Of a stretch of 32,000 bases of DNA, positions 17,072 through 25,962 are shown piece by piece (within the stretch, counting starts at the first letter, position 1; each line of letters opens with the position of its first letter). The stretch is from Candidatus Hadarchaeota archaeon (GTDB lineage Archaea > Hadarchaeota > Hadarchaeia > Hadarchaeales > Hadarchaeaceae): positions 330,001 to 362,000 of the forward strand of contig CAZETV010000001.1 in NCBI GenBank assembly GCA_964514965.1. The letters run 5' to 3'. Below the pieces are notes generated by a model. That model saw only the letters and a list, made by a program, of their open reading frames with translations. It made no database searches and was not told where the DNA came from. The translations under genes were made by a program, and so were the position numbers.

Positions 17072-18298
17072 ATGATGTGGTTGGCACAGCGTAAATTTGG
17101 AGGATTCAAATCAATCGTGTTCAGGTCCTGTGATGGGACAAAGAAGGGGGCTCATCGGATATGTTTAGCGCTCAAGAACTTGAAGGTAGATATTGAGCTA
17201 AAAATCACCGCTAAAATTGATAAAAACCTCGTCGGAAAAGTTTCTAATTCATGGAGTCAGGGAAAATACTACCGGGATGCCGCTTGGCTCATGTTTACGA
17301 ATCGAAAAGTTGGCGCGTATAAACATCCTCAACTAACGGTGAACCTGTTTGAGGACGAAGTCTGGATTGGTTTTAGATCCCATGGGGATGATGAGTACGC
17401 TTTCCGATATCCATTTAAAATAGGAGACTATGCTAGAAAACACCCTAAACGTTTTAGAAAGTTGGTAAGCAGCCTTTCCAAAGTGGAGTGGGGATTTGAC
17501 TCCGACGAAAGAACAAATAATTTTACTACTCCTCGGCGCTTTACATCAAGAGAGTTAGAGATAAGACTTCGACAAAAATTCGAATGGATCAACACTAGAT
17601 TCGATAAAAGAGACCCGCTTGCGAAAAATAGCCGAATTGCAGATGAGATAGTAGATATCTTCAGCAGGCTCTATCCCCTCTATGCGATCACCGTGGGCAA
17701 GAGTTTTCAAATTGAAAGGCTTCTACCCGAAAAACAACTAGAGACCGTTGAAATTGTTGACCTCAGCCGTTCCCGCAAAGAAGTTTTGGAAAAAGCTAAA
17801 AAAGTATTCAAAAAGGGCGGCAAAGGCATAGATTTATCAGGCATCTATGCACCCTCTAGGAAAATAAGAGTTCCAATTCGAGAATCCAGAAAAATTGTAA
17901 TTAGATACTATGCCGCACTTTTAGACAAACTCAACCTTAGGCCGGTAGAAATCGGTGGCGAAACTTTACTTGTTGCGCCTGGCATGAGGATACCTCCGGT
18001 TAGAAAAATAAAGAGGTTTAAAGCGTTTTTAAGAAAAATTATAAGGATCATGGGTGGAAATCCAGAAACAGTTAAAATCATGGTTAAGGAACCCACTTCT
18101 GACGCAAGAATCATAGACAAACAGATCGTGTTTAATGCTACCCTGATAAACCATTCGCCCATATTTTGGATGATAATAGCGGCACGAGAGCTAGCATCGC
18201 TTAGATACAAGGAGCATTACCAGCATGTCAAGGCAATGAGCATCCTACTTGAAAGAGCTATAAAACATTTAGACGAAATTGATACCCGCTTTAGCTAA
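17072..18298 (+). CDS. Hypothetical protein (408 aa) with a C-terminal DUF45/YgjP-like region lacking the HExxH histidines
   Basis: Long ORF with island-typical composition. Residues 325-382 align without gaps to the motif region of the DUF45 peptidase at 22224-22976 (..FN..LI.........E...L.K.H), but read ARELASLRYKEH where the peptidase reads CHEVLHLKEKRH. I recognise nothing in the N-terminal half. Confidence 0.6.
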   Translation: MMWLAQRKFGGFKSIVFRSCDGTKKGAHRICLALKNLKVDIELKITAKIDKNLVGKVSNSWSQGKYYRDAAWLMFTNRKVGAYKHPQLTVNLFEDEVWIGFRSHGDDEYAFRYPFKIGDYARKHPKRFRKLVSSLSKVEWGFDSDERTNNFTTPRRFTSRELEIRLRQKFEWINTRFDKRDPLAKNSRIADEIVDIFSRLYPLYAITVGKSFQIERLLPEKQLETVEIVDLSRSRKEVLEKAKKVFKKGGKGIDLSGIYAPSRKIRVPIRESRKIVIRYYAALLDKLNLRPVEIGGETLLVAPGMRIPPVRKIKRFKAFLRKIIRIMGGNPETVKIMVKEPTSDARIIDKQIVFNATLINHSPIFWMIIAARELASLRYKEHYQHVKAMSILLERAIKHLDEIDTRFS

Positions 18299-18399
18299 GA
18301 GGAATCTAATAGTTTCTCCAAAGCGCCTGTGGATCAAGGTAAGATAAGAATTGAAGTGATTTAAAGGTATAAGGTTAAAATTATCCCAACGTTGTATAG

Positions 18400-20562
18400 A
18401 TGTGGTGCAGGATGATGGAAAAGCAAACGCTCGTAAGGCGTAGGGGAGATTTTGAAGAAAAGTTTGATGATTCTAAACTAGGCGTATCGGAAGAAAAATG
18501 GAAGAAATTTTTGGAAAAGTACCCGAGAGATAAGCTCAGCGAATTGGAGATTGACGATTATGTGGAAGGTAAAAGAAAAGAGAGTTTCTGTTGGTGGCTT
18601 GAACATGGGACTAGAAAACTCGGAAGCATGTGGGGTGGGTCAGCGGAAAAGTTTGGGATATATTACAAAAAAGAGCAGGGTAGATACTGGTTTGACAAGT
18701 CAAGGTTTAGGGACGAGAAAGAAGCGTTTTCTAAAGTGAAGGAAGATATCCTAAAATTATTGGACTTCGCTGAGAGGGGAGAATTTGAGAAGGTAGATAG
18801 AGAAATAAATACGATTTGGCCAGTAATGAAGTCAAAAATTATTTCAATGTACTTTCCAGGTAAGATTGTTAATGTACACTCGAGACGAAACATCAAAAAA
18901 ATATCGAATAGATTAGGAGTCGAGTACACCGGACCGATTAAGACAAGCGCAGAGATATTAACTGAGTTGAAAAACAGCGGAGTATTCGATGATTGGAAAG
19001 AAAAATTAACTGCATTTCAATTTGATCAAAAACTAGGCAATTTCGTTTGGAAGAAAGTTCTTAACGAAAATGAACCTGTGGAAGAAAGAAAACCGCCTAA
19101 GGTATGGCTTGAAAAAACATTGGTTTCAGGTAGACCTGATAGAGAATCTGGCCCTTATGCTTTAGGAGAAGCATTATGGTCTCCTCAAACGGATAAACGA
19201 GGTGCCGATATTTATGGAAATATGCGAAAATTGAGCATAGGTGACCAGGTTCTACACCTAGTAGATAATGATCAGATCATTGGGATTTCTAAAGTAAAAT
19301 CCGACCTAATTACTGATTTTCATTGCTTGCCCAGAACCGAGTGGGACGATGGAACTGGAAAGCGGCCGGGATACCTTCGTGAACTAGAGGACTTCAAACG
19401 ATTTGATAACCCTATTCATACATACTCCCAAATTTTAAAAAATGACAAATACAAAGAACTGCTAAAAAATCTATTGAACGGAGGGCACGATCTCTTTTAT
19501 ACAAGCGACCTTAAATTGAGGGAAGGAGCCTATCTAACGGAAGTTCCAGGGGAATTAATGCGAATATTGAGTGAAGAATCTGAGAAACCCACAATTGCGA
19601 TCCAACCTCTGGACCTTCAGCCGACTCTCATTAAAACAAAACTCAAGCTTACTCCAGATGTTCTAGGTCAAGTCTGTGCGAGTTTGAATGCGAGCAGCCA
19701 CGTAATTATAACCGGTCCAGTTGGAACTGGCAAGACCTCATTAGCTGAGGACATATGTCGAGCTGCAACAGAGAACAAGTTCTGCTATGGGTATGTCCTT
19801 ACAACCGCGACATCCGACTGGACCACGTTTGACACGATTGGTGGTTACATGCCGATAGAGGAAGGCAAGTTGAAATTTGAAGAAGGAAAGTTTCTCGATG
19901 CCATTCGAAGGAATAAATGGTTGGTTATAGATGAAATTAACAGGGCCGACATTGACAAGGCCTTCGGACAGTTATTCACAGTTCTCTCTGGACAAAGAGT
20001 TGAATTGCCTTTTAAACATTTCAATGGAAAAGGCATTTCTATTGAAACAACAAACGAGGAAAAAAGCTACTTTGAAGAAATTGCAACTTACAAAGTCGGT
20101 AGAAACTGGAGGATAATTGCCACGATGAACGTTTACGATATGAATTTCTTATTTGAGATGTCATACGCATTCATGAGAAGATTCGCCTTTGTCTACCTAA
20201 ATGTCCCAGAACCCGAGGAGTTTAGAAATTTAATTTCCGAATGGTGCAAGGGAAAGGGGATTTCGGACAAGACCACGGAAAAACTGGAGAAGCTGACAGA
20301 GTTCAAGGAGAGAAAAATTGGTCCCGCGATAATCAAGGATATGATAAACTATATCAAGCATAGAGGGGAGGGAGAAACTCAACTTGCAGAAGCTACCATT
20401 GCATATATTTTGCCCCAACTTGAGGGCATAGAAAAAGAAAGAATTGAAAATGCTTGGAAATACATCGGTAATATTTTTGATGAAAAGGACACCCCGAATA
20501 AGGTAATAAGACCTATATTAAATGAGATGACTGGCCTTGAACTAAAGGAAATTACTGAATAA
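18400..20562 (+). CDS. McrB-family AAA+ (AAA_5) NTPase with long uncharacterised N-terminal extension
   Basis: Walker A GPVGTGKTS (nt 19714-19740), Walker B with the McrB signature WLVIDEINRADIDKAFGQLFTVLSG, IIATMNVYDMN (compare E. coli McrB MNTADRS), and FMRRFAFV. About 415 aa precede the ATPase core. The start may be ATG 18412 or 18415. Confidence 0.85.
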   Translation: MWCRMMEKQTLVRRRGDFEEKFDDSKLGVSEEKWKKFLEKYPRDKLSELEIDDYVEGKRKESFCWWLEHGTRKLGSMWGGSAEKFGIYYKKEQGRYWFDKSRFRDEKEAFSKVKEDILKLLDFAERGEFEKVDREINTIWPVMKSKIISMYFPGKIVNVHSRRNIKKISNRLGVEYTGPIKTSAEILTELKNSGVFDDWKEKLTAFQFDQKLGNFVWKKVLNENEPVEERKPPKVWLEKTLVSGRPDRESGPYALGEALWSPQTDKRGADIYGNMRKLSIGDQVLHLVDNDQIIGISKVKSDLITDFHCLPRTEWDDGTGKRPGYLRELEDFKRFDNPIHTYSQILKNDKYKELLKNLLNGGHDLFYTSDLKLREGAYLTEVPGELMRILSEESEKPTIAIQPLDLQPTLIKTKLKLTPDVLGQVCASLNASSHVIITGPVGTGKTSLAEDICRAATENKFCYGYVLTTATSDWTTFDTIGGYMPIEEGKLKFEEGKFLDAIRRNKWLVIDEINRADIDKAFGQLFTVLSGQRVELPFKHFNGKGISIETTNEEKSYFEEIATYKVGRNWRIIATMNVYDMNFLFEMSYAFMRRFAFVYLNVPEPEEFRNLISEWCKGKGISDKTTEKLEKLTEFKERKIGPAIIKDMINYIKHRGEGETQLAEATIAYILPQLEGIEKERIENAWKYIGNIFDEKDTPNKVIRPILNEMTGLELKEITE

Positions 20563-20575
20563 AAAAGGGATAACG

Positions 20576-21835
20576 ATGGTTAGCGATTGCTGGTCAGATG
20601 AAGATTATCAACATGTTTTGGGTCAGGTAAAACACTATCTTTGGTTATACGTTCATGAAGGTGCAAGTATTGAAGAACTTGAAAATGCTGTTCAAAACCT
20701 GACGAGGCTCGATGGAAAAGATTTGGACTATCTGTCTGTCGTGCACTTTCTTTTGAGCGACGAAGTCAAAATACTCATTGAGGCCATTTCAAGAATTCTC
20801 CGGAGGCTTTCACACTCGACGCAGACGGAAGTCGTTGCGAACAAGGGTTTTGTAAAAGGGAGGATAGATTGGAATCTAACGATAAAGGAGAGGTACGCTC
20901 AAGGATACAACCCAACTATTTTTGTGTGCAGGCCTCCTTCAAGGGTATACGATCTTCCTGAGAATCAGTTACTAAAATTTCTCCTTGTACATATGAAAAG
21001 GATGATAGAACAGACTGCGTCGCTTCAAAAAATAGAGGAAAAAGACATCAGATTAGAAGAGCTTAAAACAGAAGAAAGGGAAAAATGGACGGAAAGAGTA
21101 TCATGGCTTAAATTTCACATCAATAATGCACTAAAACATGTTTACCTGAGAGAGGTCAAGTTACCGGATCAAGTAAATGAACGGATGATAAGAAGGGCTA
21201 GATTGTCAAGAAACAAAGATTATGAAAATATTGTGAACAGTTATTCTTTACACCGGAAAATAGTTCAGAAATCAGATGCAAAAGCATTGAGAGAGCTCAT
21301 AGAAAGGAGGGTCCTAGAGCCCCTGGAAAAAGATACTTTGTATGAGTTGTATGTTCTATTTGAAGTCATGGACTCGCTGGGCAAACCTGAGGAGCTTAAT
21401 CTAGTAAGACCTGGAGCGAAATCGATAGGATCTTTTAAAATCAATGGGGCGACCATCCGGGTTCACTTTCAACGAGTTAGAGGATTATTCAAAGTGAGTA
21501 AGTACAAACAAATCTTCGATGATTATGAGTTGGATGTCAGTTCAAGACGTCCCGATATCATCCTTCAATTTGAGAAGGAACCTAAATTCATGATAATTGA
21601 AGTTAAACGGACGACAAATAGGGACTACATTGTGGATAGTGTTTACAAAGTTTTAGGGTATCTGGCTGATTTCGAAAAGTTTTTTACTCTAAAACAGAAG
21701 CCCAAAGGCGTGTTGGTCGTTTGGAATATTGAGCGAAAGAGAAAGACAGAGCAAGATGTATCTATTTTGGCTCATAATAAGATCGCAGGATTTATCAAAG
21801 AAACTGTCGATATGCGTGGAAGCACTTTTAGATGA
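20576..21835 (+). CDS. McrC-like PD-(D/E)xK nuclease subunit
   Basis: Starts 13 nt after the McrB-like gene. McrC-like elements are LPENQLLKFLL and LYELYVLFEVM. The C-terminal nuclease motif is RRPDIILQF...FMIIEVKRT (D327, E342, K344). Confidence 0.7.
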   Translation: MVSDCWSDEDYQHVLGQVKHYLWLYVHEGASIEELENAVQNLTRLDGKDLDYLSVVHFLLSDEVKILIEAISRILRRLSHSTQTEVVANKGFVKGRIDWNLTIKERYAQGYNPTIFVCRPPSRVYDLPENQLLKFLLVHMKRMIEQTASLQKIEEKDIRLEELKTEEREKWTERVSWLKFHINNALKHVYLREVKLPDQVNERMIRRARLSRNKDYENIVNSYSLHRKIVQKSDAKALRELIERRVLEPLEKDTLYELYVLFEVMDSLGKPEELNLVRPGAKSIGSFKINGATIRVHFQRVRGLFKVSKYKQIFDDYELDVSSRRPDIILQFEKEPKFMIIEVKRTTNRDYIVDSVYKVLGYLADFEKFFTLKQKPKGVLVVWNIERKRKTEQDVSILAHNKIAGFIKETVDMRGSTFR

Positions 21836-21947
21836 AGAATGATCCCTGATTGCTTAGGAAATAGCTGGGATTTACCTTGAGCGGGAGATCCTTGTTAGAT
21901 ATCGTAGCCTAGGATTTAGGGGTAGAAAAGACAAAGGTGAGAAATAT

Positions 21948-22142
21948 ATGCCTAGGTGCTCGGTCTGCGGGCGGGAGTTTCCGGAGAGCCAGCTGCGCCG
22001 CTGCTACGATTGTGGCAAGGCATACTGCCCTGAGTGCGCCGAGAAGAACCCTACGATAAAGGAACTTGACATCTGCCCGGACTACAAGGAGATCTTCGAG
22101 GCCGAGGAGGACTACTGGGGTTGGGAAGAAGAAGAGTGGTAG
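21948..22142 (+). CDS. Small zinc-ribbon protein with acidic Trp-rich C-terminal tail
   Basis: 64 aa. ATG lies 8 nt after GGTGA. It has three Cys pairs (CSVC, CYDC, CPEC) and the tail EAEEDYWGWEEEEW. It is strongly GC-rich (41/60 at 21961-22020) against low-GC neighbours. Confidence 0.6.
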   Translation: MPRCSVCGREFPESQLRRCYDCGKAYCPECAEKNPTIKELDICPDYKEIFEAEEDYWGWEEEEW

Positions 22143-22223
22143 AGCTATACTTTTTCTTTACTCAGCCATCTAAAACGCCTTGACACAAAGTTGGAAAATC
22201 TAAATCTAACGAAAAATGTCAAA

Positions 22224-22976
22224 CTAGCCTATAAAATCGGCCAGAAACGTTGAACGGGGATACTCTTGAACAAAGAACCAGTATTCGAACAAACTGCTCT
22301 CCAATTGTTTGTAATTCTCAAATTCGCGCCCCATCTCCTCCCAAAAAGCTTTATCGTGACGCTTTTCCTTCAGGTGCAAAACTTCGTGACAAACCACGTA
22401 CCTAACGAGTTCCCTCGGCAGACAAATCAGCCAGAAGTTAAAGCTCAAATTTCCCTTGGACGAGCAGCTGGCCCATTTGGTTTTTTGTCTCTTTATGAAT
22501 ATTCTGTTGAACTCCACGCCAAATTTTTTGCTGTACTCCTCGGCCGCTGGCACAAGCTCACGAAGGAGTTTTTTCTTCAAGATGTTAACGAGCCGCCTGA
22601 GGTGATCCTGATCCCTTAAGTTGCATTCAATCCGCTTTTCATCAAAATCGATCTTTAGCGATCCATTTTCATGAACCTCAAAAAAATCCCCAAAAATGAA
22701 TAAACCTCTGCCGTTTTTCTTTTGATTTTTAATCTTCTCTATTGCTTTTTGGATTTCCTCATGTTTCTTGGATATCCAGTTCATCTTTCTCTCAAACAAG
22801 GGAGTTTCGTCTTTCCAGCTCTTCGGAAGGATTGCCATCAGTTCTCCAGTTTTAAATTCCAACCTAGGGTATCTTACATCTCTTCGCTCGACCTTGTATG
22901 GTAAGTCCGTCCCGTTCACTTGAATGGACTTACTAGAACCCTTTGAGACCCTTGATGATTTTTTCATATACCTCAT
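22224..22976 (-). CDS. DUF45/YgjP-type (M48-like) zinc metallopeptidase
   Basis: KWASCSSKGNLSFNFWLICLPRELVRYVVCHEVLHLKEKRHDKAFWEEM matches the family signature (WGSC ... fN..L...P....dYVvvHEl.HL.e.nHs..FW). The ORF overlaps the hsdR 3' end by 44 nt, or 35 nt if it starts at ATG 22967. Confidence 0.85.
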   Translation of the reverse strand: MRYMKKSSRVSKGSSKSIQVNGTDLPYKVERRDVRYPRLEFKTGELMAILPKSWKDETPLFERKMNWISKKHEEIQKAIEKIKNQKKNGRGLFIFGDFFEVHENGSLKIDFDEKRIECNLRDQDHLRRLVNILKKKLLRELVPAAEEYSKKFGVEFNRIFIKRQKTKWASCSSKGNLSFNFWLICLPRELVRYVVCHEVLHLKEKRHDKAFWEEMGREFENYKQLESSLFEYWFFVQEYPRSTFLADFIG

Positions 22977-25950
22977 TCCTCTCCTTTAGCGGCAACTTCT
23001 TCCTGAGGAATTTCCTGATCTCTCTGCCGACCTCCTTCAAAATTGTGGGTTTTTTGTTCCATCCCTTAAACAACTTTTCTGACTTTTCCAAACGCCCCCA
23101 TAGGGATTTTACTTCTCCAATCAGCTTTTCGGACTTCCCCATTTTTTCCTCCAATGCCACTAACAAGAAATATTCCGGCTCTGAGAGCTTCAACTCCTTC
23201 TGTCTTTTTTCCAGGTCCTGTGTCTCATGGACTATCTCAGACAACCGCTCGTATGCCTCTTTAACATCTATCTTCTTCTCCTTCCATTTCCTCACTATTC
23301 GCTCCACTTTCCTCGCTATCGGCTCATAGAGCAATTTCTGGGACCTATCGACCAAAACGTACTTGTTAAGCGCGAAGACCATGTCGTAGACTCTGTCGGT
23401 CATGCTCGAGTGAACTTTCCCAAGTTTGTCCAAATATTCATCATCCAGTTTCAGAACTGGAAACTCTTCTTTCATCTTTACATCCAATGTTTTATGAATG
23501 GTCTCAACGGTGCGGTTGAAATATTTCTTGAAGTATTCTTTAACTTTCTCCAGCTCTTCTCGATCCGGTCTAACGATCCACTTATCGCGGGAGTTATAGA
23601 CGGCCGTCAACCACTTGAATCTCTCGATGTCTCTTGATTCCAGATAGCGTGGACCAAGGAACTCGTAAATTCTCCGTAGCCTATCGTATTCCAAAAGGAA
23701 TTCCTTCTCAGCCTTGTCGTCGTGAAACAACATTTTAATTGCCGACTTCAGGGTTTCTCTATCGGTTCTCGTTCTATCCAGCCCTTTAAACAATTCCTCT
23801 GTTTCTTCTAACCGTTCCTTAAATTCCCTCACCTTTTCCTTCAAATCCACTGCGACGTACCTGATGTCTTGCTTCTGATAAATTGCCAACGCCTTTTCGA
23901 ATTCCTTGAGAATACCAATGTAGTCTATTATAAGCCCGGACTCTTTCACCCCCATGAAAGGCCTGTTGGTTCTAGCTATGGCTTGTAGCAGCCTGTGCTC
24001 TTTGAGGGGCTTATCGAGATACATCACTTCCAATATGGGTGCGTCAAAACCCGTAAGCAACATGTCTGTGACGATGAGAATTTTTGGATATTCCTCTTCT
24101 TTGAATTTCCTGATTATCTCTCTTCGAATCTCATCGATTTGCTTGTCCTGGTACCTTCCCCTTAGCTCTCGGTAGTAACGCATGATGAGTTCTGGATCGG
24201 TGTGCGGGTCGAATGTCATCACGACCTCCGTGTACTCGGGAGGTAGCAATCGGTCGAGCTTTTCCTTGTAGGTGATGCACGCTTCCCTGCACGCTGCCAC
24301 CACCATGCCCTTGAATTTCCCGTTGAGGTTCTCCTTAAAGTGGTTCGCGATATCTTCGGCTATGGTCTCTATCCTCCTCGGATTTTTGAGGAAGACCACT
24401 ACGTCGTTCAGCCTCCTGCTGATCCTCCGTTCAACTCTTTTCTGAAAATCTTCGGGTATTTCCTCCAGTTCTTGGGCGAGGAAATTTTCGAGCCGCTTTT
24501 TATTTAAACCTACTTTCTTCTCCATCCTCGTCTGGACGACTATGGGAAGAGTGAATCCATCCCTTATGGAATCCTCGATGAAGTATTTATGGAGGTAGAG
24601 TTCCTTCTGGCTGGGATAGCTGAAGGTGAGATAGGTATCCCTCTTCTTTTTCGTGAGAGGGGTTCCGGTGAAAGCAAAAAAGAACGCATTTATCAAAACA
24701 TCCCTCATTTGCTCGGCAAGTTTTCCGTACTGGGTCCTGTGTCCTTCGTCTATTATTGCGACCACGTTTTTCCTATTGGAAATTACTTCTTCCGATTCTT
24801 TTTCCAGTCCTAACGTCGAGAGGTCTTCTCTGAACTTATGTACAAGCGTGATGAAAATCCCCCTCTTCCCCCGGCACTCGTCATGGGTCAAAACTTCCTT
24901 CAGGTTTTTCACCGAGGAGATAACTTCGGGTTTGGCTATTCCTAGATCCAGATAAGAAAATTCGTCCCTCAGCTGCTCCTCCAGCTCATCCCGATCTACT
25001 ATGAGAAATATAGTTGGGTTCTCGAGTTTTGGGTGTCTGTAGAGCTTGTAAGTCGCGAAAATCATGGCGAGGGTTTTCCCAGACCCCTGCCAGTGCCAGA
25101 CCAGACCAGAATTCTTTTCTTCTTTTCCCTCCAAATTGCCTATCACCCGGTTGTAGATACGGTTTGCAGCATCGTACTGCATAAATCTGGGTAGGACCTT
25201 GGTAGACTTTCCGCGTTCCTCTCTCGCGAAAGTAAAGTTCACCAGTAGATCTGTTAGAGTGGATTTAGAGAGCATCTCAAGGGTCGCGTCCAGCTCATCC
25301 TCGAAGCCTTCCTCCCTCCAAAGATAAGTCTCCACATCTTTCAGGCCCAAGACATTCGGAAAATATCTGGCGGTTGCCTCGGCTGCGATGCTGAACTGCA
25401 CATACTTAAACAGTTCTGGAACGATATTTTCGTAATAATTTTTGATCTGTTTGTATGCTGTTTCCCAGCTGGCGCTAGGTTCGGTGGGGTTTTTGCACTC
25501 TATGGTCACGAGGGGTATCCCGTTGACGTAGAGAACTATATCTGGCCTTATCCTCCCGCGGGAACTCTCGAACCACACTTGGTTGCTGACCACGAACTCG
25601 TTGTTATCAGGATTTTTGCGATCGAGCAAGTCGATGTATTTCAGCTCTCTCGTGCGCTCCAACTTTATAGCTATGCCCTGTTTCAAAGACCTCAGGATAT
25701 GCTTGGACCCCTCAAAACTAGCCGGCTTGCTCTTGAGCTCGGCTAGAATCCGGTTCACGTCGCTTTCCGACAGCCCCAGATCCTCGTTTATCATTCTTAT
25801 GGCTCGAATAAAATCGTTAATGAGCAGGGGTTCAGCGTAATCTTCTCGCTCAAGCTCTTCCCCAGGGATGTATTTCCAACCCTTCCCCTTCAGCTTCTCG
25901 ATAATGTAATCCTCAACCGTGGATTTTTCTGTAAAAACTGGCATCCTCAT
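22933..25950 (-). CDS. hsdR: Type I restriction enzyme, R subunit
   Basis: N-terminal PD-(D/E)xK (IRPDIVLYVNGIPLVTIECK), helicase motif I WQGSGKT, motif II IIDEGHRTQYG, motif VI-like QAIARTNR, and a long helical C-terminal domain. 1005 aa. Confidence 0.95.
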   Translation of the reverse strand: MRMPVFTEKSTVEDYIIEKLKGKGWKYIPGEELEREDYAEPLLINDFIRAIRMINEDLGLSESDVNRILAELKSKPASFEGSKHILRSLKQGIAIKLERTRELKYIDLLDRKNPDNNEFVVSNQVWFESSRGRIRPDIVLYVNGIPLVTIECKNPTEPSASWETAYKQIKNYYENIVPELFKYVQFSIAAEATARYFPNVLGLKDVETYLWREEGFEDELDATLEMLSKSTLTDLLVNFTFAREERGKSTKVLPRFMQYDAANRIYNRVIGNLEGKEEKNSGLVWHWQGSGKTLAMIFATYKLYRHPKLENPTIFLIVDRDELEEQLRDEFSYLDLGIAKPEVISSVKNLKEVLTHDECRGKRGIFITLVHKFREDLSTLGLEKESEEVISNRKNVVAIIDEGHRTQYGKLAEQMRDVLINAFFFAFTGTPLTKKKRDTYLTFSYPSQKELYLHKYFIEDSIRDGFTLPIVVQTRMEKKVGLNKKRLENFLAQELEEIPEDFQKRVERRISRRLNDVVVFLKNPRRIETIAEDIANHFKENLNGKFKGMVVAACREACITYKEKLDRLLPPEYTEVVMTFDPHTDPELIMRYYRELRGRYQDKQIDEIRREIIRKFKEEEYPKILIVTDMLLTGFDAPILEVMYLDKPLKEHRLLQAIARTNRPFMGVKESGLIIDYIGILKEFEKALAIYQKQDIRYVAVDLKEKVREFKERLEETEELFKGLDRTRTDRETLKSAIKMLFHDDKAEKEFLLEYDRLRRIYEFLGPRYLESRDIERFKWLTAVYNSRDKWIVRPDREELEKVKEYFKKYFNRTVETIHKTLDVKMKEEFPVLKLDDEYLDKLGKVHSSMTDRVYDMVFALNKYVLVDRSQKLLYEPIARKVERIVRKWKEKKIDVKEAYERLSEIVHETQDLEKRQKELKLSEPEYFLLVALEEKMGKSEKLIGEVKSLWGRLEKSEKLFKGWNKKPTILKEVGREIRKFLRKKLPLKERNEVYEKIIKGLKGF

Positions 25951-25962
25951 CCTCCAGTTAGT

